This document shows, piece after piece, positions 63,588-64,000 of a stretch of DNA of 64,000 nucleotides. Made by a program: the position numbers and the translations under genes. Positions within the stretch are counted from its first letter, which is position 1. Each line of letters opens with the position of its first letter. The stretch is from a virus (taxonomy: Duplodnaviria; Caudoviricetes). The stretch covers positions 32,001 to 96,000 of IMG/VR virus record IMGVR_UViG_3300014208_000027; one strand, written 5' to 3'. The notes under the pieces were generated by a model. The model was not told the origin of the DNA, searched no databases, and was given only the letters and a program-made list of their open reading frames with translations.

Positions 63588-64000
63588 TGATTAAAAAATA
63601 TGTTTGTACCGCAGACAATGTTATAACCGACGCTTATCAAAGTAATAATAATTACCGCGCCACTTCGAGCAATCAAGGAAATTCGGATACATTACAAGTA
63701 TTTATGACATTTGGGCAACAATCTTCTAACTCTCGTGAACGGTCTAGAATTCTTTTAAAGTTCCCTACTGATCAAATTGCATTAGATCGTTCTCTTGGTA
63801 AAATACCAGCCAGTGGATCAGTTAACTTCTCTGTTAAGTTATTCAACGCACCACATCCATTTAGTCTGCCAAGAAATTATTATTTATGCCTGTCAGCTTT
63901 AAGTGGAGCACTTTTTGATGAAGGAATTAGTAATGATAGTGATGAGTTTTCTCAAGATGGAGTGAGTAACTGGATGACGTGTAATTCTTCTTCTACTGGG
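63587..64000 (+). CDS. Virion structural protein, truncated at the window's right edge (not in track)
   Basis: TAATG coupling; MIKKYVCTADNVITDAY..N.G.SD.L.VF...SRILLKFP open to the end. Confidence 0.75.
   Translation, partial: MIKKYVCTADNVITDAYQSNNNYRATSSNQGNSDTLQVFMTFGQQSSNSRERSRILLKFPTDQIALDRSLGKIPASGSVNFSVKLFNAPHPFSLPRNYYLCLSALSGALFDEGISNDSDEFSQDGVSNWMTCNSSSTG

Noticed and set aside
1-64000. Stop-codon reassignment, tRNAs or rRNA
   Set aside because: Known families are full length in code 11 with all three stops used; no T-loop/cloverleaf or rRNA signature found by eye (tRNAscan-SE would confirm).

Overview
AT-rich (roughly 30% GC by eye), densely coding 64 kb segment of a large tailed dsDNA phage, most likely a jumbo myovirus with a T4-like baseplate, read in the standard genetic code. 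Left: thyX (truncated, absent from the ORF track), a lysis amidase, an L,D-transpeptidase, a nucleotidase, virion-like proteins, three proteases, a PIN-PhoH gene and a ~0.68 kb non-coding origin-like region. Middle (15.5-38.5 kb): a glycan-tailoring island with several glycosyltransferases, perosamine-synthase-like and ColD-like PLP enzymes, a UDP-sugar dehydrogenase, NeuB + NeuA + a GT29 sialyltransferase with all three sialylmotifs, three radical SAM enzymes, three methyltransferases and NadE. Right: a non-autonomous IS607-like tnpB element whose ends and guide can be reconstructed, a gp55-like sigma factor, baseplate/tail genes (hub-lysin, spike, gp25, gp6) interrupted by antisense islets of small genes (dUTPase, an orphan HigA-like antitoxin domain), and two paralogous ADP-ribosyltransferase-like proteins with capsid-targeting-like N-termini. 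A heptamer CTA(A/T)TTA sits exactly 4 nt before the ATG of several virion-type genes, and several sigma70 promoters place the start site on the start codon, suggesting widespread leaderless mRNA. No tRNA, rRNA or CRISPR array was seen. All family calls come from motifs recognised by eye; no database search was run.
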